Source: an uncultured Nitrospiraceae bacterium
GTDB lineage: Bacteria; Nitrospirota; Thermodesulfovibrionia; Thermodesulfovibrionales; Dissulfurispiraceae
DNA: 64,000 nucleotides
Assembly (NCBI GenBank): GCA_963727805.1
Contig: CAVSHF010000005.1
Span: 416,001-480,000 of the forward strand
Direction of reading: 5' to 3'
Below, in pieces: positions 27,720 to 39,644 of this stretch. Made by a program: the position numbers and the translations under genes. The notes beneath the pieces are model-generated. The model ran no database searches, was not told where the DNA came from, and saw only the letters and a program-made list of their open reading frames with translations. How positions within the stretch are numbered: position 1 is the first letter of the stretch; each line of letters starts with the position of its first letter.

Positions 27720-30700
27720 ATGGCAAAATTCTTTATAAATCGTCCTATTTTTGCATGGGTAATCGCAATCATGGTCATGCTGGCCGGCCTCCTTGCGATC
27801 CAGAAACTTCCGATTTCGCAGTACCCGCCTATCGCGCCGCCCCAAATTGCCATCAACGCGGTCTATCCCGGCGCCTCGGCGCAGACGGCGCAGGATACGG
27901 TCACACAAGTAATCGAACAGAAGCTCAATGGCATTGACAACCTGATATACATGGCTTCCACCAGCGACTCGGCTGGGGCTGTCAGCATTACCTTGACATT
28001 CAAGGCGGGGACCGACCCCAATATCGCCCAGGTGCAGGTTCAAAACAAGCTGCAGCTGGCCATGCCGCTGCTCCCCCAGATCGTGCAGCAGCAGGGGATT
28101 CAGGTGGTCAAGTCAGGCCGGAACTACCTGCTGGTTGTGGGACTGGTTTCAGAAGACGGCTCCATGGACCGCAATTCCCTGACCGACTACATGGTTTCCA
28201 ATATCCAGGATACCGTAAGCCGACTGAACGGAGTGGGTGAATTGATGGTGTTCGGGACCCAAAACGCCATGAGGATATGGCTTAACCCGGCGAAGCTGGA
28301 CAATTACCACCTGACAACCAATGACGTTATGAGCGCTCTGCAGACACAGAACGTCCAGGTATCGGCTGGCCAGTTTGGGGGGACTCCTGCTGTCAAAGGG
28401 CAGCAGCTTAATGCCACTATTATGGCTCGCACACTGCTGCAGACGCCGGACCAGTTTGGCAACGTCATCCTCCGGACCAACACTGACGGCTCGACAGTAA
28501 AACTCAGGGATGTAGCCGATTGTAAGATAGGCACCGAGAACTACGACATCCAGTCGTTCTACAATGGCAAGCCGTTAGGCGGAATGGCCATACGGATGGA
28601 CCCTGCGGCTAACGCACTGGAGACTGCAACCCGAGTCAAGGCAAAGATGGCGGAGCTCTCACAATACTTTCCACGGGGAATGAAGGTGGTCTATCCCTAC
28701 GATTCCACCCCCTTTGTGAAGATTTCGATCGAAGAGGTGGTACATACCCTTGTTATAGCTGTTTGCCTCGTTTTTATCATTATGTTCCTATTTCTTCAGA
28801 ATATTCGGGCGACTCTCATCCCCACCATAGCCGTGCCGGTAGTTCTCCTTGGGACCATGGGAGTGCTTGCTGCCAGCGGATTTTCAATCAACACCCTTAC
28901 CATGTTTGCACTGGTCATAGTCATCGGCCTTCTGGTGGATGACGCCATAGTGGTTGTGGAAAACGTAGAGAGAATCATGACCGAAGAGGGCCTCTCCCCC
29001 CATGACGCCACCATCAAGTCCATGGGACAGATAACCAGCGCCCTGTGGGGGATTGCCACCGTCCTGACTGCGGTCTTCCTCCCAATGGCTTTTTTCGGCG
29101 GTTCTACGGGCGTCATTTATCGCCAGTTTTCCATAACAATAATATCGGCCATGATCCTGTCAGTGCTGGTGGCCCAAATCCTGACCCCTGCCCTCTGCGC
29201 CACCATCCTGAAGCCTATTGCAAAGGGGCATCATGCCGGCGAGACCGGGTGGTTTGCCTGGTTTTTCCGCTATTTCAATCGGGTATTCGATTTCTGTCGG
29301 GGCAAATATGAAGGGATTGTAGGCCGTTCTTTCAAGAAGATTGTACGCTACCTGATCATTTACGGCGCTATAGTGGCAGCCATGGTCTACTTCGCCCTCC
29401 GTCTCCCGACTTCATTTCTGCCGGATGAGGACCAGGGATTCCTGCTCTGCCAGCTCCAGCTGCCTGCCGGCGCCACCATGGAACGGACCCTGCAGTCCTT
29501 AAAACTCATTGAGCGGCACTTCCTGGAGGATGAGAAGAAAACAGTTGAGGGGATCATAACCGTGGCCGGCTTCAGTTTTGCCGGGCGCGGGCAAAACATG
29601 GCGCTCGCATGGGTGAAGCTCAAAGACTGGAATGTGCGAAAAACCTCGGACCTGAAGGCCCCAGCCATTGCGGCGCGAGCGATGAAGGCTTTTTCGCAGA
29701 TTCGGGACGGTCTCGCATTTGCCTTCGCGCCGCCGGCGGTACTGGAGCTGGGGGTGGCCAACGGCTTTGATCTGCAGCTGCAGGACCGCGGAGGTGCAGG
29801 TCATGAGAAACTGATGGAGGCGCGCAACCAACTGCTTGGCATGGCGATGAAGGACCCGAAACTGACTGCGTTGCGGCCCAATGGCCAGGACGATTCTCCC
29901 CAGTTCAAACTCGATATTGATGACGTCAGGGCCGGGTCGCTTGGGATTCCACTGACCAATATCAACGATGTCCTTTCCACGGCATGGGGAAGCACATACG
30001 TCAACAACTTCATCCAGAACGGCCGGGTAAAGAAGGTTTATCTCCAATCGGATCCGCGATATAGAATGCTGCCAGAGGACTTCAACAGCTGGTATGTCAG
30101 CAACAAGGATGGCCAGATGGTGCCATTTTCGGCCTTTTCCAGTGCTCACTGGCAATACGGCTCGCCGCGACTCGAGCGGTACAACGGCCTCGCATCAGTA
30201 GAAATTCTGGGGCAGGCGATCCCAGGCGTGAGCACCGGCGAGGCAATGGCAGAGATGGAAAAGATGGCGGCCCAACTCCCGCCAGGGATAGGCTACGAGT
30301 GGACGGGACTATCGTATGAGGAAAGGAATGCAGGGGCACAGGCGCCGGCACTTTATGCAATCTCACTTCTGGTAGTCTTTCTCGCAGTAGCTGCATTGTA
30401 TGAAAGCTGGACGATCCCATTTGTCAATCTGCTGATGCTGCCGCTTGGCCTGGTCGGCGCTGTCACAATGGTTACGCTCCGCGGCCTGCCCAATGACGTT
30501 TATCTGCAGATCGGCCTTCTCACGACAGTCGGGCTTTCGACCAAAAATGCCATCCTGATCATCCAGTTCATCAAGGAACAGATGCGGCAGGGGCACGAAG
30601 TTACGGAGGCGACGCTGAACGCTGTAAAAATCAGGCTCCGGCCGGTTATTATGACATCCCTTGCCTTCTTTTTCGGCACACTGCCTCTTGCGCTTACCAA

Positions 30701-30884
30701 GGGGGCTGGCGCCGGGGCTCAAAATGCAATAGGCACCGCTGTGACAGGCGGATTGCTCTCTGCCACCTTCATCGACTTGGTCTTCATTCCATTTTTCTTC
30801 GTGCTGGTATCGCGCTTGTTTAGCCGTAAAATAAATAAAGCACACGCATCGACACCAGCTGCCGACAGTGCCGTGGAGGATTGA
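27720..30884 (+). CDS. acrB: RND efflux transporter (AcrB/MexB family)
   Basis: [42 protein letters not shown]; 1054 aa. Confidence 0.96.
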   Translation: MAKFFINRPIFAWVIAIMVMLAGLLAIQKLPISQYPPIAPPQIAINAVYPGASAQTAQDTVTQVIEQKLNGIDNLIYMASTSDSAGAVSITLTFKAGTDPNIAQVQVQNKLQLAMPLLPQIVQQQGIQVVKSGRNYLLVVGLVSEDGSMDRNSLTDYMVSNIQDTVSRLNGVGELMVFGTQNAMRIWLNPAKLDNYHLTTNDVMSALQTQNVQVSAGQFGGTPAVKGQQLNATIMARTLLQTPDQFGNVILRTNTDGSTVKLRDVADCKIGTENYDIQSFYNGKPLGGMAIRMDPAANALETATRVKAKMAELSQYFPRGMKVVYPYDSTPFVKISIEEVVHTLVIAVCLVFIIMFLFLQNIRATLIPTIAVPVVLLGTMGVLAASGFSINTLTMFALVIVIGLLVDDAIVVVENVERIMTEEGLSPHDATIKSMGQITSALWGIATVLTAVFLPMAFFGGSTGVIYRQFSITIISAMILSVLVAQILTPALCATILKPIAKGHHAGETGWFAWFFRYFNRVFDFCRGKYEGIVGRSFKKIVRYLIIYGAIVAAMVYFALRLPTSFLPDEDQGFLLCQLQLPAGATMERTLQSLKLIERHFLEDEKKTVEGIITVAGFSFAGRGQNMALAWVKLKDWNVRKTSDLKAPAIAARAMKAFSQIRDGLAFAFAPPAVLELGVANGFDLQLQDRGGAGHEKLMEARNQLLGMAMKDPKLTALRPNGQDDSPQFKLDIDDVRAGSLGIPLTNINDVLSTAWGSTYVNNFIQNGRVKKVYLQSDPRYRMLPEDFNSWYVSNKDGQMVPFSAFSSAHWQYGSPRLERYNGLASVEILGQAIPGVSTGEAMAEMEKMAAQLPPGIGYEWTGLSYEERNAGAQAPALYAISLLVVFLAVAALYESWTIPFVNLLMLPLGLVGAVTMVTLRGLPNDVYLQIGLLTTVGLSTKNAILIIQFIKEQMRQGHEVTEATLNAVKIRLRPVIMTSLAFFFGTLPLALTKGAGAGAQNAIGTAVTGGLLSATFIDLVFIPFFFVLVSRLFSRKINKAHASTPAADSAVED

Positions 30885-32371
30885 TTGATATGAAAGGACC
30901 TGCCATCTCAAATAAGATTCCAAACAAACAAGCCGGCGGGCATGGACTGCCGGAAGGCTTTGGATTTCTCACTGTAACTATTTGCCTTGTTTTGTTCGCT
31001 CTGTCAGGCTGCACCATGATTCCCCAATATGCACGACCGGGGACTCCCGTGCCAGCTGACTGGCCGAGCGGCCCTGCTTATATGCAAGACAAAGACCTGC
31101 CAACCGGCACATCTGCTGCCGGCATTAAATGGCAGGAGTTTTTTGTCGGGGGTCAGCTTCAGAAACTGATAGCACTTGCACTGGACAACAACCGGGACCT
31201 GCGGGTAGCAGCACTCAATATAGAAAAATCCCAGGCGCTTTATCAAATCCAGCGCGCCGATCTCTTCCCTACGGTGACAGCGGATGGCAGTGGACTTATC
31301 CAGCGAATACCTGCCAGCCTCTCTACAACAGGCCAGGCTGAAACATCCCATCAGTACAGTGTTGGTCTCGGATTTGCCGCCTACGAGATAGATCTATTTG
31401 GCAGGGTGCGAAGCCTTAAAGAGGAGGCTCTGGAGCAGTTCTTCGCTACCGCAGAGGCGCGCCGCAGTGCACAGATCAGCCTTGTGGCTCAGGTGGCAAG
31501 CGCCTATCTGACCCTTGCTGCCGATGAGGAGCATCTGAAAATAGCCCAACAGACCTTCGAAAGCCAACAGGCATCGTACAACCTCATCAAGAGCCGCTTC
31601 AAGGCTGGCGCTTCGTCAGAGCTGGACCTGCGCCAGGCAGAGACGAGTGTTGATTCGGCAAGGGTGGACATTGCCGCCTTCACAAGCCAGGTAGCCCAGG
31701 ACGAAAATGCGCTGGCCTTAGTGATAGGGTCGCCGGTCCCGCCTGATCTTTTGCCGTCAAAGCTTGATGCGGATACTGCGCTTAAAGATCTCAGCCCGGG
31801 CCTGCCCTCAGAGGTGCTGCAGCGCCGTCCCGATATAATGCAGGCTGAACATATTCTCAAGGCCGCCAACGCCGACATCGGTGCGGCGCGTGCGGCGTTC
31901 TTTCCGCGCATAACTCTCACAAGCAGCATTGGCCTCTCAAGCGCTGATTTGAGCGGACTCTTCAAGGGAGGATCCGGGGTATGGAGCTTTGCGCCGCAGA
32001 TCACTTTGCCAATCTTCGATGCTGGACGTAACCGGGCCAATCTGGAAGTGTCAAAAGTCGACCGCGAAATATTCATTGCCCAGTATGAAAAGTCGATCCA
32101 GAGCGCCTTCAGGGAGGTGTCTGACGCCCTTGCCCAACATGGCACACTTGGATCCCAGCTGGATGCACAGCAAGCTCTAACTGATGCCACTGACGCAGCA
32201 TACCGCTTGTCGCAGGCGCGCTACAGCAAGGGTATATCGAGCTATCTTGATGTCCTTGTTTCCCAGCGCTCCCTTTACATCGCGCAGCAAGGACTGATTA
32301 CCGTGCGTCTATCCCGTCTCACCAATCAGGTGACGCTCTATAAAGTGCTTGGCGGAGGGGCGGGCGAGTGA
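30881..32371 (+). CDS. Outer-membrane efflux lipoprotein (OprM/NodT family)
   Basis: LSGC lipobox, [19 protein letters not shown]. Confidence 0.93.
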   Translation: MIDMKGPAISNKIPNKQAGGHGLPEGFGFLTVTICLVLFALSGCTMIPQYARPGTPVPADWPSGPAYMQDKDLPTGTSAAGIKWQEFFVGGQLQKLIALALDNNRDLRVAALNIEKSQALYQIQRADLFPTVTADGSGLIQRIPASLSTTGQAETSHQYSVGLGFAAYEIDLFGRVRSLKEEALEQFFATAEARRSAQISLVAQVASAYLTLAADEEHLKIAQQTFESQQASYNLIKSRFKAGASSELDLRQAETSVDSARVDIAAFTSQVAQDENALALVIGSPVPPDLLPSKLDADTALKDLSPGLPSEVLQRRPDIMQAEHILKAANADIGAARAAFFPRITLTSSIGLSSADLSGLFKGGSGVWSFAPQITLPIFDAGRNRANLEVSKVDREIFIAQYEKSIQSAFREVSDALAQHGTLGSQLDAQQALTDATDAAYRLSQARYSKGISSYLDVLVSQRSLYIAQQGLITVRLSRLTNQVTLYKVLGGGAGE

Positions 32372-32785
32372 GAGCCGAAGCCTCTTGGTTGCATTCCGAT
32401 CTGCGAGTCTGCCTGCCCCTATATTCGATTGCCCATTTAGGCATTTAGCGCAGGGTCTTCAAGGAAAGGAATTTTAGTGATAGTTTCAGGTGGGATTAGT
32501 GATTTCAAGGTATTGCTCATTATTCATTGCGATTGGTCAGCAGAAGATGCTATCTCAACCAGCAAACCATCGATGTAGTAGAGGTTTTAGATCTCTGGAG
32601 AAGCGTTCAAAGTCCAGGTCTTTATGCAAGTACCCATTTGCGCATGCAGCGTATGAGACATCTTCATCCGATTGGAGCGAGGAGGAAATAACTACTATCC
32701 AGGTACCATATGAAACTTGCCAGCATCTCGGATTTTTTGCAATGTCTCGATCCCTACCGATCCAGGCATTTTCAAGTCAAGTAAT

Positions 32786-34118
32786 GACAGTGTAATCTTT
32801 ATTGTGTGAATTCAGAATAGGGCAAAAAAAAGGCGCACCTCCTATAAAATGTAGTTACCCCTAACAACATTAAGGAGGCGCACCCGATGGAACTAAAATT
32901 TAGCGTACCAGAGTTGGTAAATTTGATCAAGGAGATTCAGGAGAAGCCCTCGCGGATATTCGAGATGGTGAGCATGAATGTACAAAAGGAAGTGGGACAG
33001 TATCTGAGTGGTCTTATGGACGCGGAATTAACGCATCATTTAGGGCGTCAGAAGTATGAGCGATTAGCCGGAAGGCGCAATCACCGCAATGGGGGTTATC
33101 AGAGGAGATTTTGCATCAAGGGAATCGGCGAAGTTGGCGTCAAAGTGCCGAGGGATCGTAACGGAGCCTTTCAGACACAGGTATTGCCGAGGAGCAAGCA
33201 ATACGAAGAGCGGATAGCTGAAGATCTGTCAGTAATGTATTTGACTGGGATAAGCACGAGGACGCTTTCGCTTTTAAGCAAGAGACTGATAGGGCGGAGC
33301 GTCTCTCACGAGGAAGTAAGCAAGGCGAGCCGTGAATTGAAGGAGTCGGTAGAGAGATGGCGGAACCGTGACCTGTCGAAAGAACAGATAAAGTATCTTT
33401 ACGTTGACGGGGTCAACTTCACCATGCGGACAGGAAAGAGCGTCGAGGCTGTGCCTGTGCTAGCTGCGATTGGTGTGACAGATGACGGGACGAAGCTGGT
33501 AGCGGGGCTGCAGAGCGGGGATAAGGAATCGGCGACTAACTGGAGAGAGTTCTTCAGGGATCTAAAGAGCAGAGGGCTCGATGGGTCACTGGTGAAGCTT
33601 GGAATCATGGACGGTCTGTCTGGATTGGAGAAAGTATTCAAAGAGGAGTTTCCAAACGCGAAAGTGCAGCGATGCCAGGTTCATGTGGCCAGGAATGTAT
33701 TGGCAAAAGTGCCTCACAAACTGAAACAGTTGATAGCAGATGATCTGAGATCGATCTTTTATGCATCCTCGAAAGACAAGGCCGAAACCTTTTATAAAGG
33801 CTTTGTCGAGAGGTGGGACAAGGAGGTCCCCTCAGCAGTCAAGTCTCTGAGTCAGTCCATCGACTCCTGCCTGGCATTCTTCTCATTTCCCGAGGAAGAA
33901 TGGATATCCTTACGGACAACGAATGTCATTGAGCGGCTAAACAAAGAGTTCAAACGCAGAACGAAATCAATGGAGATCGTAGCCGGCGAAGATGCCTGTT
34001 ATCGGCTGCTGGCATTCATATCGCTGAAGATGGAACTTGGCTGGCGAATAATGAAGGTTGGAAAGGTGCGTCCCAATTTGCCCCTTTACCAAATTTACAC
34101 AAAATAGTTGACACTATT
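32786..34118 (+). mobile_element. IS256-family element
   Basis: Imperfect 27-bp IRs (20/27 by my count); 8-bp target duplication CAAGTAAT at 32778-32785 and 34119-34126. Confidence 0.9.
32887..34107 (+). CDS. IS256-family transposase
   Basis: VPRDRNG, YVDG, MDGLSGL, QRCQVH, RTTNVIERLNKEFKRR. Confidence 0.95.
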   Translation: MELKFSVPELVNLIKEIQEKPSRIFEMVSMNVQKEVGQYLSGLMDAELTHHLGRQKYERLAGRRNHRNGGYQRRFCIKGIGEVGVKVPRDRNGAFQTQVLPRSKQYEERIAEDLSVMYLTGISTRTLSLLSKRLIGRSVSHEEVSKASRELKESVERWRNRDLSKEQIKYLYVDGVNFTMRTGKSVEAVPVLAAIGVTDDGTKLVAGLQSGDKESATNWREFFRDLKSRGLDGSLVKLGIMDGLSGLEKVFKEEFPNAKVQRCQVHVARNVLAKVPHKLKQLIADDLRSIFYASSKDKAETFYKGFVERWDKEVPSAVKSLSQSIDSCLAFFSFPEEEWISLRTTNVIERLNKEFKRRTKSMEIVAGEDACYRLLAFISLKMELGWRIMKVGKVRPNLPLYQIYTK

Positions 34119-34259
34119 CAAGTAATATTAGCGCGGGAGTATGTTTATTTTCTTGCAACCACTTAATAGATGCTTCCCCACTCGGACATGTTTCGATGTT
34201 TAGTCTATATCCCACTTTCTCTATAGCTATCTTAGTAAGCTCTATGGCTTTTTTCGACT

Positions 34260-34420
34260 CCTTTCTTACCTTTACACTCTTAAGCGCTAGTGCAAGGAAA
34301 GGAGGCATTTCCATCACGGCTTTTTCCCATCGGTAAACGGTGATTCTAGTAACGTCTAAAACGTCTGCCAGCCCTTCTTGGGCATAGCCATTTGCCCAGC
34401 TCCCTGCGGTTATTTTCCAT
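34260..34420 (-). pseudogene. Degenerate XRE/Cro-type HTH gene
   Basis: Minus strand reads YAQEGLADVLDVTRITVYRWEKAVMEMPPFLALAL; the 5' part is out of frame. Confidence 0.55.
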
Positions 34421-34870
34421 AAAGTTTTTTAATATATTTTGATAGACAATTAATCTGTTTTATGGTACGTTATACTTCTTTGCATACATGTCTGCAACAA
34501 ATATTTTATTTTCACTCTTTTGAGCGAGACCGCCTTGCTGATAAAGGTTATTTTCAGAAATTCACATTGCGACGGTCTATCGCAATGTGCGGACTTTCAT
34601 TAGCACCAATTCAGCGACTTAGATATGGCTCCGTCAAAGATTACGACATGCTATACGTATTGTCAACTTTCCGGCAACGGTAGAGGGTACAATTGGCAAT
34701 CATCACAACGCAAAAAATATGGGAATCAAGCTTTCTTGAGCAAATTATCGCGCTCCACTGAATCTCTGAATTCAAGGTAGAATCTTATGTGACTGCGTAG
34801 TGCGATTAAGTGCATACGAGATAAATACGAGATGCATCTTTTATAGTTATCTCAACTGATTGAAAAATAA

Positions 34871-34913
34871 AGCCGGGAATCAGATTTGAACCGACGCCCT
34901 GCTGATTACGAAT
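34871..34913 (-). other. 3' half of a tRNA-Thr(CGT), probable att-site remnant
   Basis: Minus strand ATTCGTAATCAGCAGGGCGTCGGTTCAAATCTGATTCCCGGCT gives anticodon loop, T arm and acceptor 3' strand; no D arm or 5' strand upstream. Confidence 0.75.
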
Positions 34914-35138
34914 TACCTTAGCTAACTGGTGACCATTGATATTAAACATTCTAAAGCCTTCATTCGCAACCACGTGGTTGCATCTCTCCCCAACCCTACA
35001 AAAATGCAGTTATATATAAGATCTGTCATTGGATAACATATGTATTCAAACTCATACTGAAACAAGTTGAAAATGAGATATAACTGGCTTAGTCCATAGC
35101 ATTAGCCTATACTGTAAATATAGGGGGAGGTGAATCCT

Positions 35139-35414
35139 ATGTTTGAAGGACTGTTCCAACCGATGCACCTGATCATAATCCTTGTGATAGCCATTTTAAT
35201 CTTTGGTCCAAGGAAACTGCCAGAACTGGGTAAAGGACTTGGCAAAAGCATCAGGGAATTCAAGAAAGCTATGGAGGGTATAAATAAAGATGTTGATGTT
35301 ACCCCTGAGGTTAAGGAAACACCAAAAGAAATAGCGCCCCCCACCTCGATGGAGATGAAGCAAGAAACCGCTGCAAAGGAAACGGTGGAAGCCAAGAAAG
35401 AAACTGCTGTATAA
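35139..35414 (+). CDS. tatA: Twin-arginine translocase TatA/E subunit
   Basis: IFGPRKLPELGKGLGKSIREFK. Confidence 0.92.
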   Translation: MFEGLFQPMHLIIILVIAILIFGPRKLPELGKGLGKSIREFKKAMEGINKDVDVTPEVKETPKEIAPPTSMEMKQETAAKETVEAKKETAV

Positions 35415-35431
35415 GGTATGAGGTTAGCCTT

Positions 35432-35815
35432 ATGGACATATCCTTAGTGTTAGCAAGATTTTGGGGTCTCATTCTGGTGTTGCTGTGTTGTTCTGTGTTG
35501 GTCAACATCAAGTTTTACGTCAGCCTGGTCAAAGGATTCCAAGATGAATCAGTAAAATTCCTATATTTTTTTGTTGTGCTGGTAATCGGGGCTGTGAACG
35601 TTTCAGTTATGAACCAATGGACTTGGGATCAAAAAGGGTTGATAACATTGTTGGGGTGGGGTTCTTTGTTTAAAGGATTGTTTGGGATATTGCTGCCTGA
35701 TTTATCAAACAAGCTTATCCAAAAGATCAACCTGAGTCCTATGGTGATTTATCCATCAGCATTGGTAATGCTGGTTGTCGGTTGTTATTTGTTGTTTTGT
35801 GGTGTTGTTGGTTGA
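35432..35815 (+). CDS. Small four-TM membrane protein
   Basis: Hydrophobic 127-aa ORF with RBS, ITLLGW. Confidence 0.75.
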   Translation: MDISLVLARFWGLILVLLCCSVLVNIKFYVSLVKGFQDESVKFLYFFVVLVIGAVNVSVMNQWTWDQKGLITLLGWGSLFKGLFGILLPDLSNKLIQKINLSPMVIYPSALVMLVVGCYLLFCGVVG

Positions 35816-36004
35816 ACTCAGAAAAAGTACCCAGAGTTTCTATTTTCTATTTTTTGAATTAATCACTTTGATTCTCTTTTATTCACAAACAATTGTTGTT
35901 ATTGAAACTATAGCTTGTTTTTGGATTATTGATCTGGGTTGGCAACATTAAGAAGGCGAAAATGTAGACAAATAGTTTTGCTGAGAGTCGCATCCCCGCC
36001 GCCA
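35592..36004 (+). repeat. Degenerate direct repeat, long copy
   Basis: 35592-35652 and 35851-36004 recur, joined, at 40248-40465. Confidence 0.85.
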
Positions 36005-36239
36005 GCGCTGGTGGATTTAAAAACACCACCTCCTGTCCCCGCATAGACGACCTGGCTGTTGGACGGGTCGATGGCTAAGGCATATATTTCACCACCTTCA
36101 GGCCCTTACCAGTCCACTGGATGGCCCCTTCAGAAGCCTGTCCCACAGCCAAAAGCAGGCTGAATGTTACAATAAACGCTCTCAGCAGGTTGGTAAGCAT
36201 TTTGGATATTTCTTTTCCGATAGAACTATTCAAGATCAT
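36005..36239 (-). pseudogene. Truncated, frameshifted secreted BNR/Asp-box beta-propeller gene
   Basis: Signal peptide, then after a frameshift in a G run PEGGEIYALAIDPSNSQVVYAGTGGGVFKST; ends at the repeat boundary. Confidence 0.65.
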
Positions 36240-36294
36240 GTTAATTCCTTCTCAATAATTTTTTTCATTGTCCATATCGTATCACCGTCTTTCT

Positions 36295-39273
36295 TTACCG
36301 CAAAACTACGGGTAAGTCGCCACTCATTCCAAAGGACGCACACACGTCCTCGACTCCATTTGCAGGGGCTCCACAGCCAACCCATGTGCCCGTCCCAGGA
36401 TAGTCAAGATACCACGTCCCATTTCTAAAGACTCCTATCTTCGACTTCCCGTCGGCACTGCCGTTCCAGTTGCCCACTACCGCGATATCGCTGCCCACTC
36501 CATAAGTTATGCACGCAGCTTTCGTCGGATCTGCAGGCGCTCCGCAACCAACCCATGTGCCCGTAACAGCGTACGTCCCGGAGTAGTCAAGATACCACGT
36601 CCCGTTTCTAAAGACTCCTATCTTCGACTTCCCGTCGGCACTGCCGTTCCAGTTGCCCACTACCGGGATATCGCTGCCCACTCCGTAAGTTATGCACGCA
36701 GCTTTCGTCGGATCCGCAGGCGCTCCGCAACCAACCCATGTGCCCGTAGCAGCGTACGTCCCGGAGTAGTCAAGATACCACGTCCCGTTTCTAAAGACTC
36801 CTATTTTCGACTTCCCGTCGGCACTGCCGTTCCAGTTGCCCACTACCGCGATATCACCTGGCGCTCCAAAAAGTATCGAGGCGTCTGAAGCATCCCATGT
36901 GTCGTTTCCATTCATATCGAGGTACCACCACCCGTTTCTGAAAACACCTATACGCATGATTCCCTTTCCATCCCAGTCTCCCGTTACCGCCTGGTCTCCC
37001 GCCATGCCATATGTATAACAGCCGTCAGGACCACATCCGCTCCATACGAAATTTTCGTCACGGTCCACATACCAGGCCCCTGCGCGAAATACCCCTATCT
37101 GCGCCTTTGTTGAGGTTGTCCCTTGTATAACTGTGAATGTCTGACCCGCTATCGTTATCGTGCCGGTCCGCACTCCACCCGTATTTGAGGCAACCGAATA
37201 CTGTACTGTGCCGTTGCCAGTGCCGCTTCTTCCTGAGGTGATGGTTATCCACGGCACATTGCTAACGGCAGTCCAGGCACATCCTGCCTTAGCAACGGAG
37301 AGATTCACGCTTGTACTGCCCCCTGCTGGCGCAACAGTGGAATAAGATGTGCCGAGGATAAAGTTACATCCCCAGTTGGTAACGAGTGCGTTTGCATCTA
37401 CCGAACCGAGGCCTGTGCAGAGGTCATAGCCCACGGTGCCAAAGTAGCCTGTCAGACCCGGGACACTGTTGTTCCCCGAAATGGTGTCGTGGAATACGAC
37501 CGTTCCACCGGCACCGTACTGGGCGTTGCCGAACTGATAGAAGCGGACGTTAGCGTTTCCCTGACGCTGCCCTGTCTCCTGCACGATGAGCGCCATAAGG
37601 CCAGCAAAGGAAACAGTGGATACCGACGTGCCGCTCACGACATAAAGCACCCCCTGAGACTGGATCAGGTAGGCATCATGGCCAGCCGCACTGAGGGATA
37701 CATCAGGCATGTCGCGTTTACCATCTGCAGGAACACCCGGCGATACCTGCCAAGCAGGCTTGTTGTATAACGACGAGACGCCACCACCGGTAGACCACAG
37801 ATTTGAGCCGCCGGAAACAGTGCCGCTCTCATTCCAGACTATCTCAGGTATGTAGCCGACAGCAGAGGTGTACCCCGATCCGTTAGTGGTATTCCAGTAA
37901 GTGCCGGACCCTTCATTAAACTCTGTTCCTCCTACCGCGACGTTGTAGGGTGTAGAAGCCAGCCCGTTAACCCCGAGACCCGAACCGATAGTGTCACTAG
38001 GATTATTGCAGCCTGCAGCTCCGGCGTCGCCCGATGCTACGAAAGAGGTTATGCCCTGGGCAGCTGCCTGCTGCCAGAGATTATTGTAAAAATTATTCTC
38101 AGCTGATGTCATAGCGGATTCGCATGAGCCGAAACTTGTACTCATCACCGGTGCCAGGTTATTGTCGACTATGTACTGAGCAGACAAGTCCACACCGTCC
38201 GTTGAATAGGTCGATTTCGAAACTACAAATTCAATGACTGCATTCGGTGCCACTGCTCCCGACCATTCGACGTCCAGATCAGCCTCACCATCCTCGTCAG
38301 CGCCGAGGTCTCCTGGGTCGGGGCCATTCACTATCACCTGCGGAGGATTGCTCGGCAGCCCCATCAGGCTGCGGAACGTTGCCCAGTTTGAACTGGACGG
38401 GTGGGTGCGTCCCACGATGGCTATGCTTGCGCCACTACCGTTGATTCCCGCGTTATAAAGTGAATTGACATTGTAGATAGTTGAAAAATCGCCGGGTGAC
38501 AAGTAATGGGTGGCACCGTCAGACGATGTATAATCTGGCAACGCTTCTTTTTGAACAACAGGCTGTATCCTGTTGATCATCGACTTGCGTGGAAAGTCGT
38601 TAAGGGACGCAATCCCCGCCATCAAATTTATTAATCCCTGCGGCACTGATGGGTCCTGCACATTAGCATGGTGGAGCCGACCGTCGACATAATACTCATG
38701 GATTGCAGTCAGGAAAGTACGTTCAACATCAGCCGCTGTCCCGGAGAAAATAATCCTTGTACGCCCTTTGGCGACCTCCTCGACCACGAAACCGTTGGCA
38801 GTAAGCCATCGAGTGATCGCGTCAAGATCAACGGAGGCCAGCCCGAACCGCTCACCGAATTCCTCCGGAGTGAGCCATCTGTGGAAGTTGGGAGAAGCTG
38901 GATCCTGCTGTTCGGCAAGAATTTTTTCCAACTCGGCCTGCTTGTCGGGATTCAGTCGCAAAGCGAGGATCATTCGCTCCATCGGTAGTGAAGGATCTGT
39001 GGCGCCCACGTCGTACTCAGGCCGGGCAAGCGGGTGCACATTACCCTGCAACACTACCCTATCCACCATGGAGTTATCAGTCGGTTTCTCACTAGCAACA
39101 GTGGTCGCATAAGCTATTAGATGTGAACTCAAACCAAACACAAGCACCGCCACCACTGTAACAAGAAACTTTGATAGCGCTCTTTTGAAAGCCTGTTTCA
39201 CAGACTTATATTCCCTCCGTAATCCGGCACCTTCTGTTGAAGGGCCAGCCAACCATATTGTCTCGTCCTTCAT
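36295..39273 (-). CDS. S53 (sedolisin/kumamolisin) peptidase with prodomain, BACON-like domain and C-terminal repeats
   Basis: [12 protein letters not shown] prodomain, [38 protein letters not shown]; GxW..IGVFRNGxWYLD repeats. Confidence 0.9.
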   Translation of the reverse strand: MKDETIWLAGPSTEGAGLRREYKSVKQAFKRALSKFLVTVVAVLVFGLSSHLIAYATTVASEKPTDNSMVDRVVLQGNVHPLARPEYDVGATDPSLPMERMILALRLNPDKQAELEKILAEQQDPASPNFHRWLTPEEFGERFGLASVDLDAITRWLTANGFVVEEVAKGRTRIIFSGTAADVERTFLTAIHEYYVDGRLHHANVQDPSVPQGLINLMAGIASLNDFPRKSMINRIQPVVQKEALPDYTSSDGATHYLSPGDFSTIYNVNSLYNAGINGSGASIAIVGRTHPSSSNWATFRSLMGLPSNPPQVIVNGPDPGDLGADEDGEADLDVEWSGAVAPNAVIEFVVSKSTYSTDGVDLSAQYIVDNNLAPVMSTSFGSCESAMTSAENNFYNNLWQQAAAQGITSFVASGDAGAAGCNNPSDTIGSGLGVNGLASTPYNVAVGGTEFNEGSGTYWNTTNGSGYTSAVGYIPEIVWNESGTVSGGSNLWSTGGGVSSLYNKPAWQVSPGVPADGKRDMPDVSLSAAGHDAYLIQSQGVLYVVSGTSVSTVSFAGLMALIVQETGQRQGNANVRFYQFGNAQYGAGGTVVFHDTISGNNSVPGLTGYFGTVGYDLCTGLGSVDANALVTNWGCNFILGTSYSTVAPAGGSTSVNLSVAKAGCAWTAVSNVPWITITSGRSGTGNGTVQYSVASNTGGVRTGTITIAGQTFTVIQGTTSTKAQIGVFRAGAWYVDRDENFVWSGCGPDGCYTYGMAGDQAVTGDWDGKGIMRIGVFRNGWWYLDMNGNDTWDASDASILFGAPGDIAVVGNWNGSADGKSKIGVFRNGTWYLDYSGTYAATGTWVGCGAPADPTKAACITYGVGSDIPVVGNWNGSADGKSKIGVFRNGTWYLDYSGTYAVTGTWVGCGAPADPTKAACITYGVGSDIAVVGNWNGSADGKSKIGVFRNGTWYLDYPGTGTWVGCGAPANGVEDVCASFGMSGDLPVVLR
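36361..36856 (-). repeat. 183-bp (61-aa) intragenic tandem repeat, about 2.7 copies
   Basis: TAGTCAAGATACCACGTCCC at 36401, 36584 and 36767. Confidence 0.92.
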
Positions 39274-39281
39274 GGGTCATT

Positions 39282-39644
39282 TCAGTGTATTAATCCCCAG
39301 ATTTCTTTAGCCTCTCGATCAACTTCAATATTGAGAACTTTGCTATTGCCGGCATCTACCTTGACATCGGCTATCTGGCGGTCATCCCGGACAATCCCGA
39401 CCCGGTAGACAAGATAACCGTCTGCGTTCTCGAGTTCCACCTTAAATGCCTTTCCCGGTACCGACAAGAGGGCCGTCTTGACGGCAGATTCCATTGAGAT
39501 GGGTGCCATACCGACAAAGTCGGATTCAGTGTCATTATTCACGTGGATGCTGCCGACAGGTCTTGCCTGGCGGGTAAATCCCCATCCTATAGCCGCATAA
39601 ATAATAAGTACCATGCAGCTAATTAGCATCATCGCATGTTTCAT
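39282..39644 (-). CDS. PepSY-domain protein
   Basis: ISMESAVKTAL..VPGK..VELE..LVYRV..VKVDAGN. Confidence 0.85.
   Translation of the reverse strand: MKHAMMLISCMVLIIYAAIGWGFTRQARPVGSIHVNNDTESDFVGMAPISMESAVKTALLSVPGKAFKVELENADGYLVYRVGIVRDDRQIADVKVDAGNSKVLNIEVDREAKEIWGLIH

Larger units (their letters stand above)
32555..34260 (-). pseudogene. Response-regulator receiver gene split by IS256
   Basis: Removing the IS restores PALILLDLKMPG; the distal part has a further frameshift; 5' end approximate. Confidence 0.75.

Noticed and set aside
27584..32190. Long antisense or alternate-frame ORFs over the RND genes, and similar ones over other genes
   Set aside because: Shadows of GC-rich coding sequence with no recognisable motifs
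36361..36856. Tandem repeats as a CRISPR array
   Set aside because: In-frame 183-bp coding units with no unique spacers; no cas genes in the window
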